A DNA stretch of 64,000 nucleotides from Sarea resinae (Eukaryota), in NCBI GenBank assembly GCA_026026165.1, contig JAPEUD010000009.1, forward strand, positions 248,001 through 312,000. The letters run 5' to 3'. The notes under the pieces are model-generated. The model was given only the letters and a program-made list of their open reading frames with translations. It did not search any database and was not told where the DNA came from. The position numbers and the translations under genes were made by a program. This document shows positions 24,939-38,497 of this stretch, piece by piece (positions within the stretch are counted from its first letter, which is position 1; each line of letters opens with the position of its first letter).

Positions 24939-26901
24939 GATGGCTGTATGGCTGTCTGGTCATTGTCATTCATGCAATGTATCTGATTTATAAGGCGTCG
25001 ACGAATGGGGTAGATGATCAGGCGAAGAAAATGCACAAGATAAAATAGTAGCAGGGTGAAGAGGAAGGCAGTCAGTTGAGCTAGTGCGCATGTCTCAAAA
25101 CAATAGAAACATCGAACGTAATTAAATCTCAATACCAAAAAACCAGGTAGTATGCTTCGTGAGATTTTTCGCGCGTGAGTCTCCATACCATGAATCAAAC
25201 GAGGGAGTGAGATTCAGAAGCAAAATCATGAGGAACAAGAGACATACGGCGCATAAGGTGGACTTCCGTTGCAACCAAAATGGGAAAAGAGAAGAATAAC
25301 GATAGGTATGGTGAATTGTAACTTACGATCGAAATATTGCAACTCGCTGTCTCGGCGATGAGAATCACCGCAAGATACGTTTGCTGGCAGCGCTGCGAAG
25401 AAAAGTCGGTTGATGGAAGAGACACGATGATACAGGCTGGCGCAGAGTCTCAAACCGATGCGATGAATTGATAGTGGCCTTGACCGACAAAATTCGCCGT
25501 TTTCCGGGGACGCAATCCTGAGAGTACTGGATTGATGTTGCCGGTCTGTGGATGGAGATGAGTTCACTGCGGATGCTGTTACAAGCTTCGGGGGCCAAAG
25601 AAGATGCTCGCAGAGCTATTGACGCGATGGCAACATGTATGTAAAGAAGAGGAAGATTGTTGACGGAAGAAGTGTTGAGGGCAAGAGATGGGGGAATTAA
25701 GTAAGAAGAGGAAGAATGGTATCAGGTAGAAGGTAACATTATTTTCCAAGAGACGACTGCCTCTTCGGGAGTGAATTTAGCTATGATGAATTGGTTCAAT
25801 AATGGTGATGCTGGAGGCGCAGACTCAGAATAACCACACATTAACACTCCCGGCGCCCAGGCTCGGAAGGCACGGCCAACTGGCGCTAGACCAAAAACAG
25901 GCGTCGCTTGTCTCTGGGGCCAGACTTCACTTCCCGAATTGATTCACAACAACAACAAAGTCCCGACCTTTCCATTGGCTACCAGGCCATACGGACTGCG
26001 AAACAATGGGATCAAGAACAACTACGAATAAGACCTGATTGTCCCAGATAATTGAGGGCGAGAGCTCCAGCCACTGTCTGTTATTGACCGGCAACTCTAT
26101 GGCCCTGACTAGTAGGGATTATTCCAATCTCTCCTATTAGTTGCAGCGGCTACAATAACACAATAAGAAAGTTTCACCTGAGCATTTTGCCGGAAGGAAA
26201 TAAGAAACAATCCATGGGGATATGGTCTGCCATTGTCAAATCCTAGACGAAAGGTGACTGTTCATGTTCTTCCCGATACACCCATAAGTCATAATTCATC
26301 AATGAATATCGGCCATTTGTATCACAGTTTCCCATTTTCGCTTCCCCTGGTCGGCCTTCAATTGAAAGGTTCTGAATTCAAAGCCAATAAATTAAAACGA
26401 TACTTCAGACTACTTCAAGCTCCGAAACTCGAGCTCTTCGGGACACTTCTGCACCAATGTGTTACGCACGAAAAATTAGATTGTCCTTTTTGAACAAATA
26501 TTCTGTAATGCGACATGCTCGAACACTAGTGCTATTGTTTTATACTCGAATCCTACACAGCCAATCTGGTATTTGGAATGAAAGAGAACAACATAAATTC
26601 AGCAAGCAATTGAAGAAAGAAGCGCCCGTCCCAATCAACCTCGCCCGAACGCCACGCTAAATTCTTTCGTACCTCTAAGCCTCCCAAACAAAAAAACCTG
26701 CCAGCCAAAGGAAGTAATTCGAAAAAGGAAGACGCGACTGTACGACGAAGCGGATCTGAATATAATTTGTTATGAAGGCCTAGCAAAAGGCAACCTCCAA
26801 ACGTGATTCTCCATAAGTCGTGGAAGACCGTATATCATAAGCGATGTGTTTATAGTACACGTACAATGACGACGGCGTACTCCCGGATAGATGCAAAGCA
26901 T

Positions 26902-28239
26902 CTATTCGTCCTGTTCTTCCAGCGTGGTTCTGAGAGATCCCTTCCGTTTATCATAGCCAAGGAAACTGGTCCTTGAATTGGTAGAGAGTACAAAATCGGG
27001 AATTGGCGGTGTCATCTCCCGACTAGGCGGCGTAGTCTGTCTTGGAACAAGGGATTGATCAAGGCTCTGAGCACAGATCAAAGGACTCGAGCACGTGGAT
27101 GACCCTCGTCGCAATGGAGAAAGTGGTCGAAAGGACTGTGACCCCAACTGCCCCCCAGAGGGCGTCGTGAAAACGCTCGTGCCAGGTGTCGGTGTTGGTG
27201 GAGGCGTAAGGCTGTTTGAACGGAAAAGTGGGTGGATATGTGATTCATCAGGAAGCGAGATGTGAGAAAAAGAAGAGCTCGAGAGGTTTGGTAAGCTTTG
27301 TGTTGCTGACTGTGTCCAGAAGGGGCCATCCAATGGAAAAGCCGGTGATTCTGGCCTACTCCCTTGAATTGGCTCTAGACCTCCCCGTACCCTTGAAGAT
27401 GAGGACTGTAAAACGGCCTGGCGTATTTGTGAGCCAACGCTCGAGGTATCCCAAGAATCGAATCCGTCTGCTTGTATCTCGCCCTCCCTCATTAAGGTGT
27501 TCACAGACGAATTCCTTGATCTAGGCGAGAATATTGCTTGATGTGCTAAGAGCTTCGTTCGGGAGGTAACCGGTCTTATAATATGAGAGAGCGAGTCGCG
27601 GATAGAAGTCGTTGCCACTGAAGGAGCAGCAGAGTGTGCCGGCGGAGGAAGCGGAGGTATTCGCAGGCGGCGGGGGCGAAGAGCTTCAAAGACTTCCAGA
27701 CGCATCTGTTCTGGGCTCGCAGGTTGCCGTGATCTCGAGGATATATCCTCAAATGACATCGCAGAGAAAGTCGGAGGCACAGTCGCATCATCATGGACCG
27801 GCCAACATAGAACAAGGAATGCAGTCTGGGATAGTACTGCAACTCCCCAGAGGACAATGCCTAATACAAAGACCTTCCAAGTCGACCAGCCCAAAATTGC
27901 CTTCGGCAACTCCAAAAGGCGAATTTTCATCCAGCCGAAAGTAACTGCATTTGCTGCCGCAGTCAGGGAAATGATGAACATGCCGACTATTGTCATGTAT
28001 TTGGCGTGATTTTTTGTTTGGGAAATTGCCCTGCTCCCTTGTTGGGGCTTGCACCTCGATATGCAAACGGTCAATACCCCAACTGACACGAAGTTGAAGA
28101 CAGCGGCAGTGATCGCTGGTATGCGTATATCAAGTCCTGTCATACTGAAACGAATAGCAACTGCCGTCAAAACAAAGGTCAAGGTGAGGGTAACAACAAG
28201 AGCTAAGACTCCAGCTACGGAGGAGATTGAAGACCGCAT
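26902..28239 (-). CDS. Uncharacterised membrane protein: 4 N-terminal TM helices and a long Ser/Pro-rich tail
   Basis: Uninterrupted 445-codon ORF with four hydrophobic segments. The tail has motif islands DGFDSWDTSSV, LEPIQGSRPESP, ESHIHPLFRS and TPPIPDFVL. Confidence 0.75.
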   Translation of the reverse strand: MRSSISSVAGVLALVVTLTLTFVLTAVAIRFSMTGLDIRIPAITAAVFNFVSVGVLTVCISRCKPQQGSRAISQTKNHAKYMTIVGMFIISLTAAANAVTFGWMKIRLLELPKAILGWSTWKVFVLGIVLWGVAVLSQTAFLVLCWPVHDDATVPPTFSAMSFEDISSRSRQPASPEQMRLEVFEALRPRRLRIPPLPPPAHSAAPSVATTSIRDSLSHIIRPVTSRTKLLAHQAIFSPRSRNSSVNTLMREGEIQADGFDSWDTSSVGSQIRQAVLQSSSSRVRGGLEPIQGSRPESPAFPLDGPFWTQSATQSLPNLSSSSFSHISLPDESHIHPLFRSNSLTPPPTPTPGTSVFTTPSGGQLGSQSFRPLSPLRRGSSTCSSPLICAQSLDQSLVPRQTTPPSREMTPPIPDFVLSTNSRTSFLGYDKRKGSLRTTLEEQDE

Positions 28240-30520
28240 GATTGGGAGCTTTTTGGATAGAGAGCTCAGATATCAGGCGTTAGACTATCAGGGAATATGG
28301 AGAAGTCGCGTCCGGGGCGATCTAACTGCAACGACGTGAGGCGTTGTATCGATTAGAAGCCGTCATCAAGTCCTTGAAGTGACTGACAGTTGCGTCTGAG
28401 AGGAAGTCGTGCCCAAGATGGCTCGTTCGGCGCGTGGCATCGACATTCGTGGTTTTGCACTTAAGTAGGCATATCGCCGATGGCATGGATTTTCGACCAC
28501 TGGAGCTAGAGAAGGACCCCAAGACAGAACTTTGAGCATCAATAGTCGGAATCTCTCGAAGCCACCTCTTCGTTGTTCGCACATTCAGCGGGATTGACGG
28601 GACCATGGACGACAGATATGACAAAGCAAATGATAGACAGAAACCAAGAGGAAGGTCTTCCAATGACCTAGTGGGGCAACCTCATCTTAAGATGGTTGAA
28701 CCGTGTTCCGAACGCGTCGGAAACCTAGAAAGGCGCGTCCAATGCTGCTGGTAATTGAGTCCTAAGGCACAGGGTATGGCATCTGTATCCATGGACCATG
28801 GATGCACCAGAACAATAGAACATTGCCGCATATCGATATTTCGTCTAAAGTGGCCTCTCCGATTGGGCCCAATGGGCTGCGGGTTTGGCCATGCAGTAGT
28901 GGTGGGGTAACAACCGGGCGTCGACGACCTGCATCTTCCACTGATGCGGCCTGACCTCTGTCCACTGCGGGCGTACAATGACGATAGAGACATTTAATAC
29001 TAGCATTTGGAGGATCTTCCAGCCGCGAAAAGAGAAGAATAGTTATGGAAATACATAATTATAGATTACTTCAAATCAAGACGCAAAGAAAGAATTCTCC
29101 CGATCGAAAAGGAGCATTACTGTATGCCGCAGCATTCAGCACCAGTCAGTGTGTGCCAGAGGACGCGCCAAATTTGCATGCGCAACAGGACAAGGATGAA
29201 CGAGGTTGGTGCATTGGAGATAGGGACACGGACTCTGAGGCGCGACAAGCCACTGTGTTAGTCAGGACCGCCTGGGTAGGCTAGCGAGGCCTGCTTCTGG
29301 AGCCCCGAAGTGATCAAAAACCCCTAGACCAGGCACAACTCACGATCAAAACCTCAGAGTCTTTTTGGATTCGATCGTGAGACCTTAAACCTGTCAAGTC
29401 ATCTTCTAGATTAGTGATTCTTTTTTTTTTTCGTTCAGAGCCGTGCAAGTTCCGCAGATGGGTATATTGTCGGGCAGACGGCGGGTGGAAGTGAGCTGCA
29501 CCCGTGGCACTTTCCGAGGATGTTGCACAGAATCTTGGATTTGGAACGGAACTGTCCAGAAACGGCAAACGAATGATGATGAGGCTGAAACCAGCCTCAG
29601 AGACTGCCCACTTGATGCACTCTGCTTCGACAAATGTAGTACCGTACGTGTCGTAGAAAGTCAAGTCAGACGCGGGACAAGGTTTCCAACCGACGCATTG
29701 TTTTGATGGAGGGTTTCAGATCAATACAAACAACGATGACAACAATAAACAACGATAACGCCAAGGATGACCCGTGATCCAAACAGTATACTACCTTAGG
29801 TCTCTTGAAAGCGTATCCGGGTTCTGTTCCCTAGAATGATCATACCTTTGGAAGCTCATTGTCGCAAAGGATCAGTCAATCACATAGGCAGATACTGGCT
29901 ATGCAAGAAAAGAGGATGGAAGGAGCAAGGAAACAGAAAGAAGTCGAGGGCATGAACGGCGATAATGGATGGAGGAGCGGGCAAATGAGCTCGGAGGCGC
30001 TTGTGGACAGGGCAGGTGCAAGATGCAACGCTCATGACCTACCTTGTCTGAATAATTGTTGATGATCTGGTGAAGGGTATGGCCATCCATTTGAAAACGT
30101 ATCCTTTACTCAAGCTACACCGAGAGACGGATGCTGTCGAGTGTTCTAGTATTGCCCTGCAGGTCTCAGAAGGTAGAGTGCTCCTCTGTGGACTTTGTCT
30201 ATATGTAGCGTGTAAGCGAAGCAGATGGAGGCGACCTAGCCAGCACTACACTGCAGCGCTACGTGATGTAAAGGATCTCGCCGCAGCACGGGCTAAAGCT
30301 GGAGGCACCACTTCCTTCGTCACCGAATACCTTACCTGCCTTACTTGCAATCCCGTACCTTACTTTGAACCTCAACTTCTCTTCATGAAACTCTCCTCAA
30401 CCGCCTACCTCAGACTCATCTCACCCTCTCGGCCTTTCTTCAGTGCCCGAGTCTCAAAGGCAAATCACGTCTAGCGAGAAAGGCGTCATTCGAGGCAGAT
30501 TATCACCATAGTGGGGCAAG

Positions 30521-32129
30521 ATGAAGCTCACCTTCAGAGTACGCCACATGTTGACCTTGCGCATGTTTTATCGCCTTTCTGCTCATACATTCTAGGACCT
30601 GAAGCAACAGAAGTTCGTGATTGAGGCCGAACCTTCGGAGACGGTATGTTCTGGAATTCCGGGGTTTCACGCACGATCCGCCAACTACACTGTCATGCCA
30701 CAACGAGCACGTGGAGAGCTGACCTTTGCAATGCATTAGGTCTCCGACGTCAAATCTAAGATCGCGAAGGAGAAAGGATGGGAGCCTTCGCAACAGAAGC
30801 TCATCTACTCGGGTTCGTCATCTTTGAGTCCAGTAGAGGGTGGCCGGCCACCCTCTGAGAAAATGGCGGACTTTCACTGACACGTTTCTAGGCAAGATCC
30901 TCCAGGATGCAAATACCATCGAATCGTACAATGTTGAAGAGAAGGGCTTCATTGTCTGCATGGTGTCCAAGGTACGTAGTGTAACACAGATAAAATGAGT
31001 AAAGAACTGACTCTTCCTTCAGCCCAAAGTTGCACCCGCCAGCTCATCCTCCTCGTCCGCAAAAGCGCCAGCGACCCCTGCACCAGCCACTGCACAGACG
31101 CCTGCCGCCCCTGCGCCGGTTTCGGCCACCAGTACGAGCGCTGCCAATGCTCCGGCCAGCCCATCTCCCGCCCCCGCAGCTGCTACGACTGGATCCACCG
31201 AAGGCACAAGCTTCAACGATCCTTCCGCGCTTACTATTGGCGGTCAGAGGGAGGCTGTAATTGCAAATATGGAGAGTATGGGATTTCCAAGGGCAGATAT
31301 TGACCGTGCTATGCGAGCTGCTTTCTTCAATCCAGACCGTGCCGTTGAGTATCTCCTAAACGTAAGTGATAAAGTCTGACCTGATCTTCGATGTATTTAT
31401 CTCTTCCCAGGGTATTCCCGAGAACGTGCAACAAGAACAGAGACAGCCGGCTCAACCCTCCCCGGGAGCTGGCGCTAGTGAAGCGGCTTCGCCTCCTCCA
31501 GCAACCACTGGAACTGCTGCACCTGCGACTGAGTCCGGTGAACAACCAATCAACCTGTTCGAGGCTGCAGCACAGGCTGGCCGTGGCGGTAGTAGTGGCG
31601 CAGCTCCTCGACCGGGAGGAGCTGGCGCAGGCGCAGGCGCAGGCGCAGGAGCCGCGGCAGCAGCTGGGCTTTCTGCGGCTGCAGGAGCTGGAGCGGCTGG
31701 GGGACTTGGAAACTTGGAGTTCTTGCGAAGTAACCCCCAATTCCAGCAGCTTCGTCAGGTCGTCCAACAGCAACCCCAGATGCTTGAACCTATTCTACAG
31801 CAAGTCGGCGCTGGCAACCCTCAGTTGGCACAACTCATTGGCCAGAATCCGGAACAATTCCTTCAGCTCTTGAGCGAGGACGTCGATGATGATGCACCAT
31901 TGCCTCCAGGAGCTCAGGCAATCAGCGTGACGGAGGAGGAGAGAGAGGCTATCGAGAGGGTAAGCTAAATCCAAACGATCCCCGTCTATCTATGCGCTAA
32001 CCTTAGAAGCTTTGCCGATTGGGATTCGAGAGAGACATGGTCATTCAGGCATACTTTGCTTGTGATAAGAACGAGGAACTTGCGGCCAATTTCTTATTCG
32101 ACCAACCTGATGAGGGAGACGACAACTGA
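30521..32129 (+). CDS. RAD23: UV excision repair/proteasome shuttle Rad23 (UBL-UBA-XPCB-UBA), 7 exons
   Basis: [102 protein letters not shown]. Confidence 0.96.
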
Positions 32130-32790
32130 AGTCTCAGTCTCTGTTTCGCGGTGCAGGTCACGAGATACCTAAATTCACTGACTGTTATCGGCCTCCCAAT
32201 ATGAACGTAATAATGCCCTTGTAGGAGCGGCGGTTGCATTTTTCATTAGTCATGCGCTGCTCAGTGGCCGGTCTTCTACCATCTTCATTAGCATGTGCAG
32301 TCGCTGAATGGTATTTCTCCCGGCCATGGAGTTGTGTTTCCACTCTGAATGTTCTCCTGACACTATCATGTAGTACGACTAGCCAATAATCAGTCTAGGC
32401 ATTATCAGCTTGCACGTAGTAAATCACAAAGACCACAGAATTGAGGGGGATGTTCTCTAAGGCTATCGACCCATGGCTTCGTCGTCCATTGTGTCCCATT
32501 TCCATGCGGCTTTAGCAATGATTGGGACTTGCCTTTTTGGGGTCGGCATGATCAATTTTGAATATATAACCATAGCCTCATCTGAAATATTAAACAATCG
32601 AAGCTTAACGATATTCCTTGTAAAATCCATCTTCTTCCATTTGACTCGTCGACAACGATCTCATCACGCACGGTTCCCAACCTGAAGATCTTGTTTGAGC
32701 CACCACCAAATCTTGACCAAAATCCAGTCAATACCTCGACGACTGGCCCTCTATTCCTCACTCATCATCGACAACGATTATGTCAAAAAG

Positions 32791-33777
32791 ATGCCAACTT
32801 ACCTAGAAGACGAGATCGCCGCATCAAGTGCCTCGGACCTTTCTTCTCCCCCGCCTTCTTCATCTCTTGACGAAGCCAGGGAAGAGCAACTTGAAGAGCA
32901 AGGACAAGCCGAAAAGCAGGTTTATGAGCAGAGCCAGAAGTCCCAGTGGCAGAGACGAAGAGGTGAACAGCAGAATAGAGAAGGAGATCTTGATTCAACA
33001 ACGACGAAGACGAGGAAGGATACTGGTGGTGCCAGTCTGGTAGCAAAAGAGACGTCTCGAGCACCGGCATCACAGGAGTCACCAGAAGCACAGTCGACGA
33101 CAGAAGCAAAGGTAGATAATATCTCTACTCCTATAGCCGTAGATACCGCACGAGAGAAAGCAATCGTATGTGCCCCGCCTGATGCTTCTTTTCTCGTTCC
33201 AGACATGTCCTTTCCCTCCCTTTTCAGCCCCCTCGCCGCTCCGATCAAGAAACATAGGACAGCGTAGAGAGGTACGGAGGCTGACAGATATTCATATCCA
33301 GCAAACACTTGAGACGCGCAATGCATCTCTAGCTTCAGAGGTCGAGGCTCTGCGGGCCAAACGCGACGAGCTATGGCGGCAGATTTCAGAGGACAAGACA
33401 TTCAGGTATTATTGCGTCCATGTTTATATTCAGAATACCAAAAGAATCATGTTTGATTCATTTCATACTGTTGCCCTTTTCTGCTATTCCTCATGTCTAT
33501 TGTGCTCTTTCCCTCCTCCAAGCCTCCCACGGCAAACCATCGAGTGCGTCCGTCTCTCTGACTCTCGCTGGCGGCATGGCATAGCGGCATCAACGACACG
33601 CATGACGCAGACCCAACGGCAGCTGCACAAACGCTACTCCAGCAGCATATCCGTCTCTTGCATGACTATAACTCGATGCGCGATATCGGGACTGGGCTAC
33701 TAGGTCTTGTGGCTGAGAGCCGTGGTATCAGGGCGAGGGACGTATTTGAAGATTTTGGCGTGGGTGAGGGGGATTGA
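32791..33777 (+). CDS. SWI5: Swi5/Sae3 recombination mediator with long acidic N-terminal extension, 3 exons
   Basis: Last exon QQHIRLLHDYNSMRDIGTGLLGLVAESRGIRARDVFEDFG is the Swi5 family signature. Introns ~33166-33301 and ~33406-33581. The 5' part of the model is less certain. Confidence 0.8.
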
Positions 33778-34293
33778 TGATCCTTGTGCCATACTGGCCT
33801 AGAGGAGATAGGGTAGTGGAGATTGATCTAAAATGATGTGATGTGATTTGAGGCTGAAGGAGGATACGGGCTTTATATGTACGTTTACGATGGGATGACA
33901 CCGACACGATTGATTATTTTACAAAATTTTCATTATTTTTTCTCTGCTGCTGTACGCAGCTTCCATTGAAAAGGTATTTCATATTCGCCCATAACAACGA
34001 AAGGCCGTAAAAAGAAGTAATGTAGGAAGTTAGGCTGTAGAGAAGAGTATGTAAGGAGAAGAAAGTGGAATGAGGCTCCTAAGCTTCTAACAATGCCACG
34101 AACATATGTAAAGACCTCAATCTACGTCACGTCCCTTTCAATTACAAGACAGTATTTCCCGGATCCTTCTCCCATGTCGCTGTATGTGTCCGTCCGAGCC
34201 CTACCATTTTCCAGACCGTCCCTACCATGAGATCTAGTGAAGAGACAAAGGAGAACAAAGGCCATTTCTCTTATTTTGGGAAGTGAGACCGAC

Positions 34294-37200
34294 CTAATCA
34301 ACCTTTCCAAGACTCTGCAAATTGACAAGCTCGAAATAGCGAGCTTTATTGCGCAAAAGCTCGGAATGGGTACCATGCTCGACGACGCGGCCCTGATCGA
34401 AGACGTAGATCATATCAGCCTTCTGGATGGTGCTGAGGCGATGTGCAACGGCGATGGTGGTGCGACCCCGAGCAGCGGCGTCAAGGGCGGCCTGAACGAC
34501 TTTCTCGCTCTCTGAATCGAGGGCTGAGGTGGCTTCGTCAAGAAGAAGAATTTTTGGATCGCGAAGAAGAGCGCGTGCAATGGCAACACGCTGTTTTTGG
34601 CCGCCGGAGAGCATGCTACCTTTGCTGCCAACAATGGTGTTGAAGCCATCACTATACGATAGCTAATTAGCATTTCGATCAAGGAGCTTGGAGACGACAG
34701 CGCCAATACGGAATACATACGGGAGGGACATGATGAAATCATAGATATTGGCATCCTTGCATGCCTGAACGATAGCTTCTTCAGGAACATCTTCATTGTC
34801 AGCACCGAGCAGCACATTCTCCCGAATCGAGCCCTGATAAAGCGTAGGCTCTTGGCTGACAAGAGCAAGATAGCTTCGATAGTCGTTGAGGTTGAGGCTA
34901 GAGATATCTTTCCCGTCGACAAAGACGCCTCCGCCAAGAGGATCATAAAAGCGCTCTAGTAGGGCAATGGTGGTGCTCTTGCCACAGCCGCTAGCGCCAA
35001 CAAGAGCGACATATTGGCCAGCTTTGACTGTCAGATCGAGTCCCCTTAGTACGGGCTGCTCCGGCCGAGTCGGATATCGGAAGTGGACATCTCGGAATTC
35101 GATATTCCCCTCCATACCTTCAAGGCGTTCGCCTGCTTGAGACCAAGAGTCAATTTTTGGCTCTCGGTCAAAGAGCTGCTTGAGGGCTTGAGCGGCCTGT
35201 TTTGCCTTGCCCATATCAGGAGCAAAAGAGAACACTGTTCCCGCAGACTGGGCGCCAAAGATGACTGCCGAAAAGCAGATGAAAAATTGGAACATGCTGT
35301 ACTCCCTACTTGCGATGAGTGTACCTCCATACCAGAATCCGAGTGCATTGCAAAGAAGAATGAACGATTCGGAGGCGGCATACAGCGTGGACGATCTAAT
35401 GACAGATTTGAGACTCTTTGCCCCTTGGTCCACCAGAGACTGATGATAATGCTCCCAGACGTCGTTCTCTCTGGTTAGGGATGCAACTGTTCGGATGGCC
35501 GAAGTAGCCTCGCAGGCATAGCTAGCGGACCCTTCGTAGGCCTTCTTCGCTTGTTCTTGGAACCGCGCCAGTATCCAAAATCGGAAAAAGCCACAGCCTA
35601 ACAAGATTGGCATAGTAGCTGTGCATACCAGAGCCAGCTTCCACCCGATTGCCACGGAAATAGCAACGGAGGCGACGAGGGTTGTGCTGACAGAAAGGAT
35701 AGTACCAAGTGTTACGCCGCTAAGGCCTGCCAGATGAGTTGTCTCTGTGGACAAGAAAGAAGTCAAAGCACCGGCAGAGTTTTCTTCCATGTCGAAGAAA
35801 GCGATATCCTGCCGCAGCATGGTCCGGAAAGCCTTGTCCCTCGCTCGATGGATCAAACGTTCTGCACAGTAAGCCAACGCGATTCCTTGACCGGCGTATG
35901 CAAGAAGTTGAACGATGGCGAGCATCAAATACATGAGCGACCAGAAATTTGCGTCATGCCGAAGCTTGCCGTACATACTGGGAGGAAGCGACAGAGCCAC
36001 GATGGATTTGGCGAAAAACACCGACTGAGTGGGATTGCCTCCACCAGCGATAACGGTACAAACGAGCCCAAAAAACATAATGGGTGCCTCCTTTCGATTG
36101 AAACCGGCAACAACTTTGATGAGAGTCCAGAGAGAATACTGGCGATCGTTTCTTAGAGCTTTCGTTTGCAAAGCCATGCTAGAGACGGACTTCTGGGATT
36201 GGATCCGACCAAATTCGAGGTCTTGCTTGCCACTGTCGTACGCCATCTCTTTCTCGGAACTCGATGTCTTGTAGAGTTGAGGATCCTTTTCCTCGAAGAG
36301 CACGGCCTCTTCCGGGTTCTTGTCTTCATTTTCGGCAGCAATCCGCTGCGCTTCCACGAGAGTATGATACACGGTTTTGCGCCCTATGAGATCATCGTGG
36401 GTTCCTTGTTCAACTATACGGCCCTCAGACATAACAACAATGTTGTCGGCAGTCTTAATGGTCGACAGTCGGTGAGCGATGACAATGGTTGTCCGTCCTT
36501 TAGCAGCGACGTCAAGAGCTGCCTGCACGACTCCTTCCGACTTCGTATCCAGCGCTGATGTTGCTTCATCAAGAAGAAGAATCTTAGGATTGCTGACAAT
36601 GGCACGGGCGATTGCAATCCGCTGCTTCTGACCACCGGACAATAAGAAACCGCGTTCTCCGACGTTGGTTTCGTACCCTTCAGGTAGACCGCTGATAAAG
36701 TCATGGGCATTTGACATCCGGGCGGCGTTAATGATGAGCTCCTTCTGCTCCTCTTCACTTGCGTTTTCATACTTTGTCCCGATGAGTCCATGTTGAATAT
36801 TACCAAAAATGGTTGTTCCAAATAGAGTAGGCTCTTGGCTGACTAAGGAGATCTGCTGCCTTAACCACCGGAGCTTGAGAGTGGTAATATCATGACCATC
36901 TAGAAGGACTTGTCCTCCAACAGGATTGTAAAATCGTTCTACCAGGCCGACTATGGTACTCTTTCCCGACCCTGAAGCCCCGACCAATGCAGTAGTCTTG
37001 CCAGCAGGTACGATCAAATTGACGTCTTCCATGACCACCACCTCTGGCCTCGATGGATAAATGTGCCGGATGTGTCTCAGTTCTACCGTGCCCTCAACAT
37101 TCTCGATCGTATTTCCGACTTCGTTTGAGGGATCGAGAGGAGAAACACGGTCAATAGTACTGAAAATCTTTGCAGCTGCAGCAACGCTGGTGACGAATGC

Positions 37201-38497
37201 TTGAGCGTTGGGTGCCACATTTCCTAAAGAAAATGCCCCTATCATGACGGCAAGCATGACTGTGAGCACCTCAGACAACGTCATATCACCTGCCACCAGA
37301 TATCGAGACCCTTGCCAAAAGGAGAGGCCCTAAGAAATCAGCAAACTCTTTTTCATTGACAAGAGGGGAATATACTCACATAATTCAAGTACACAATGCA
37401 CATCATGATGGCTATCATAAATCCCATGGACATTCGGTTCTTCTTTCCCCATTTTTCGGCCACGGCCAAATGAGCGTCATACTGCCTAGCAAGCTTGTCC
37501 TGGGTGCCGAAAGCAGTAGCGTTTCGAATGGAGCTGATGACCTCTTCTGCTACCGTGCCACCACTCCCATAGGATTCTAAAGACATCTTGTTATATTTCA
37601 CGATGAACTTTGACCCACCGCCCATCACAAGGGTCATGGCCACGATTGTCGAAGTGAGAATGAGCGTTAGCCTCCAATACTTGACAAACCCAATTACGAA
37701 GGCAGTGATGAACATCGCCACAGCTGTCAAAGTCAGGGCAACTTTCTGCGACATCCCATCCTGGATGAGATTGGTGTCAGAGGTAATGCGAGTTGTGATT
37801 TCTCCTGCTCCAAGCTTATCAAAGAATGCTATATTTTGCCTCAGAATAGCTGCCAGATACTGCTCTCGGATCTTCTGAGTAACGTGCTCGCCGGTGTAAA
37901 GGAATCCGACGGTGGAGATGTAGACGGTGACGAACTTTGCGATTGCGAGGTAGACAAAATAGAGAGTATAATGGGACAGATTATGTGAGAATTGGGAGTG
38001 TGCTAGTGAGCCGTTGAAAAAGCTCTGAAAAGTTCCGGCGAGGGACCCGAAGACGACCTAACTTTGAATTAGCAGTGACATCCCTAAAGTCGATTTGAAG
38101 AGCGGGTAGATGATCGTACTGTCATGAGCGGAGTGATCACGCCGGCGGCAATCGAGAGGATTGCACTTGTAATGATGATGATAATGTCGTTCCTGGTGGC
38201 GTATCTGAATAGCGTCGTATAGCCAACCTTTACTGGGGGAATTTCTAGCTGTCCAGCGAGGACTTCCTTATCATGTGTCGGCAGACCATCGAGCGGATCC
38301 CCTCCGTTTTCTGCCACTTTTATTATGTTCGAGTCCATCTTTTCCGTGCCTGAACTCTGTTCTTTGCGGTGCATCTCTCGAGTGTGGCCCCGGGTCCCCT
38401 CCTTCTCGTCGACGATATTGTTAGATGAAGATGAATGAGCATCACTGGAGCCCCGTGATGACGAGGCCTTTTCAAGACCAAAATCTCGATCCGTCAT
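34294..38497 (-). CDS. Full-length ABCB (MDR/P-glycoprotein-type) transporter
   Basis: TMD-NBD-TMD-NBD. Walker [10 protein letters not shown] and [17 protein letters not shown] twice, [12 protein letters not shown] twice. Introns near 38118-38058, 37379-37330 and 34720-34652. Confidence 0.96.

Noticed and set aside
24034..24993. 319-aa antisense ORF (also 62980-63858, 167-829 and similar)
   Set aside because: Shadow or alternative-frame ORFs over real genes, with no recognisable protein features.
34294..38497. MDR transporter as a marker of a secondary-metabolite cluster
   Set aside because: Neighbours are SWI5 and RPL39, and there are no biosynthetic genes.
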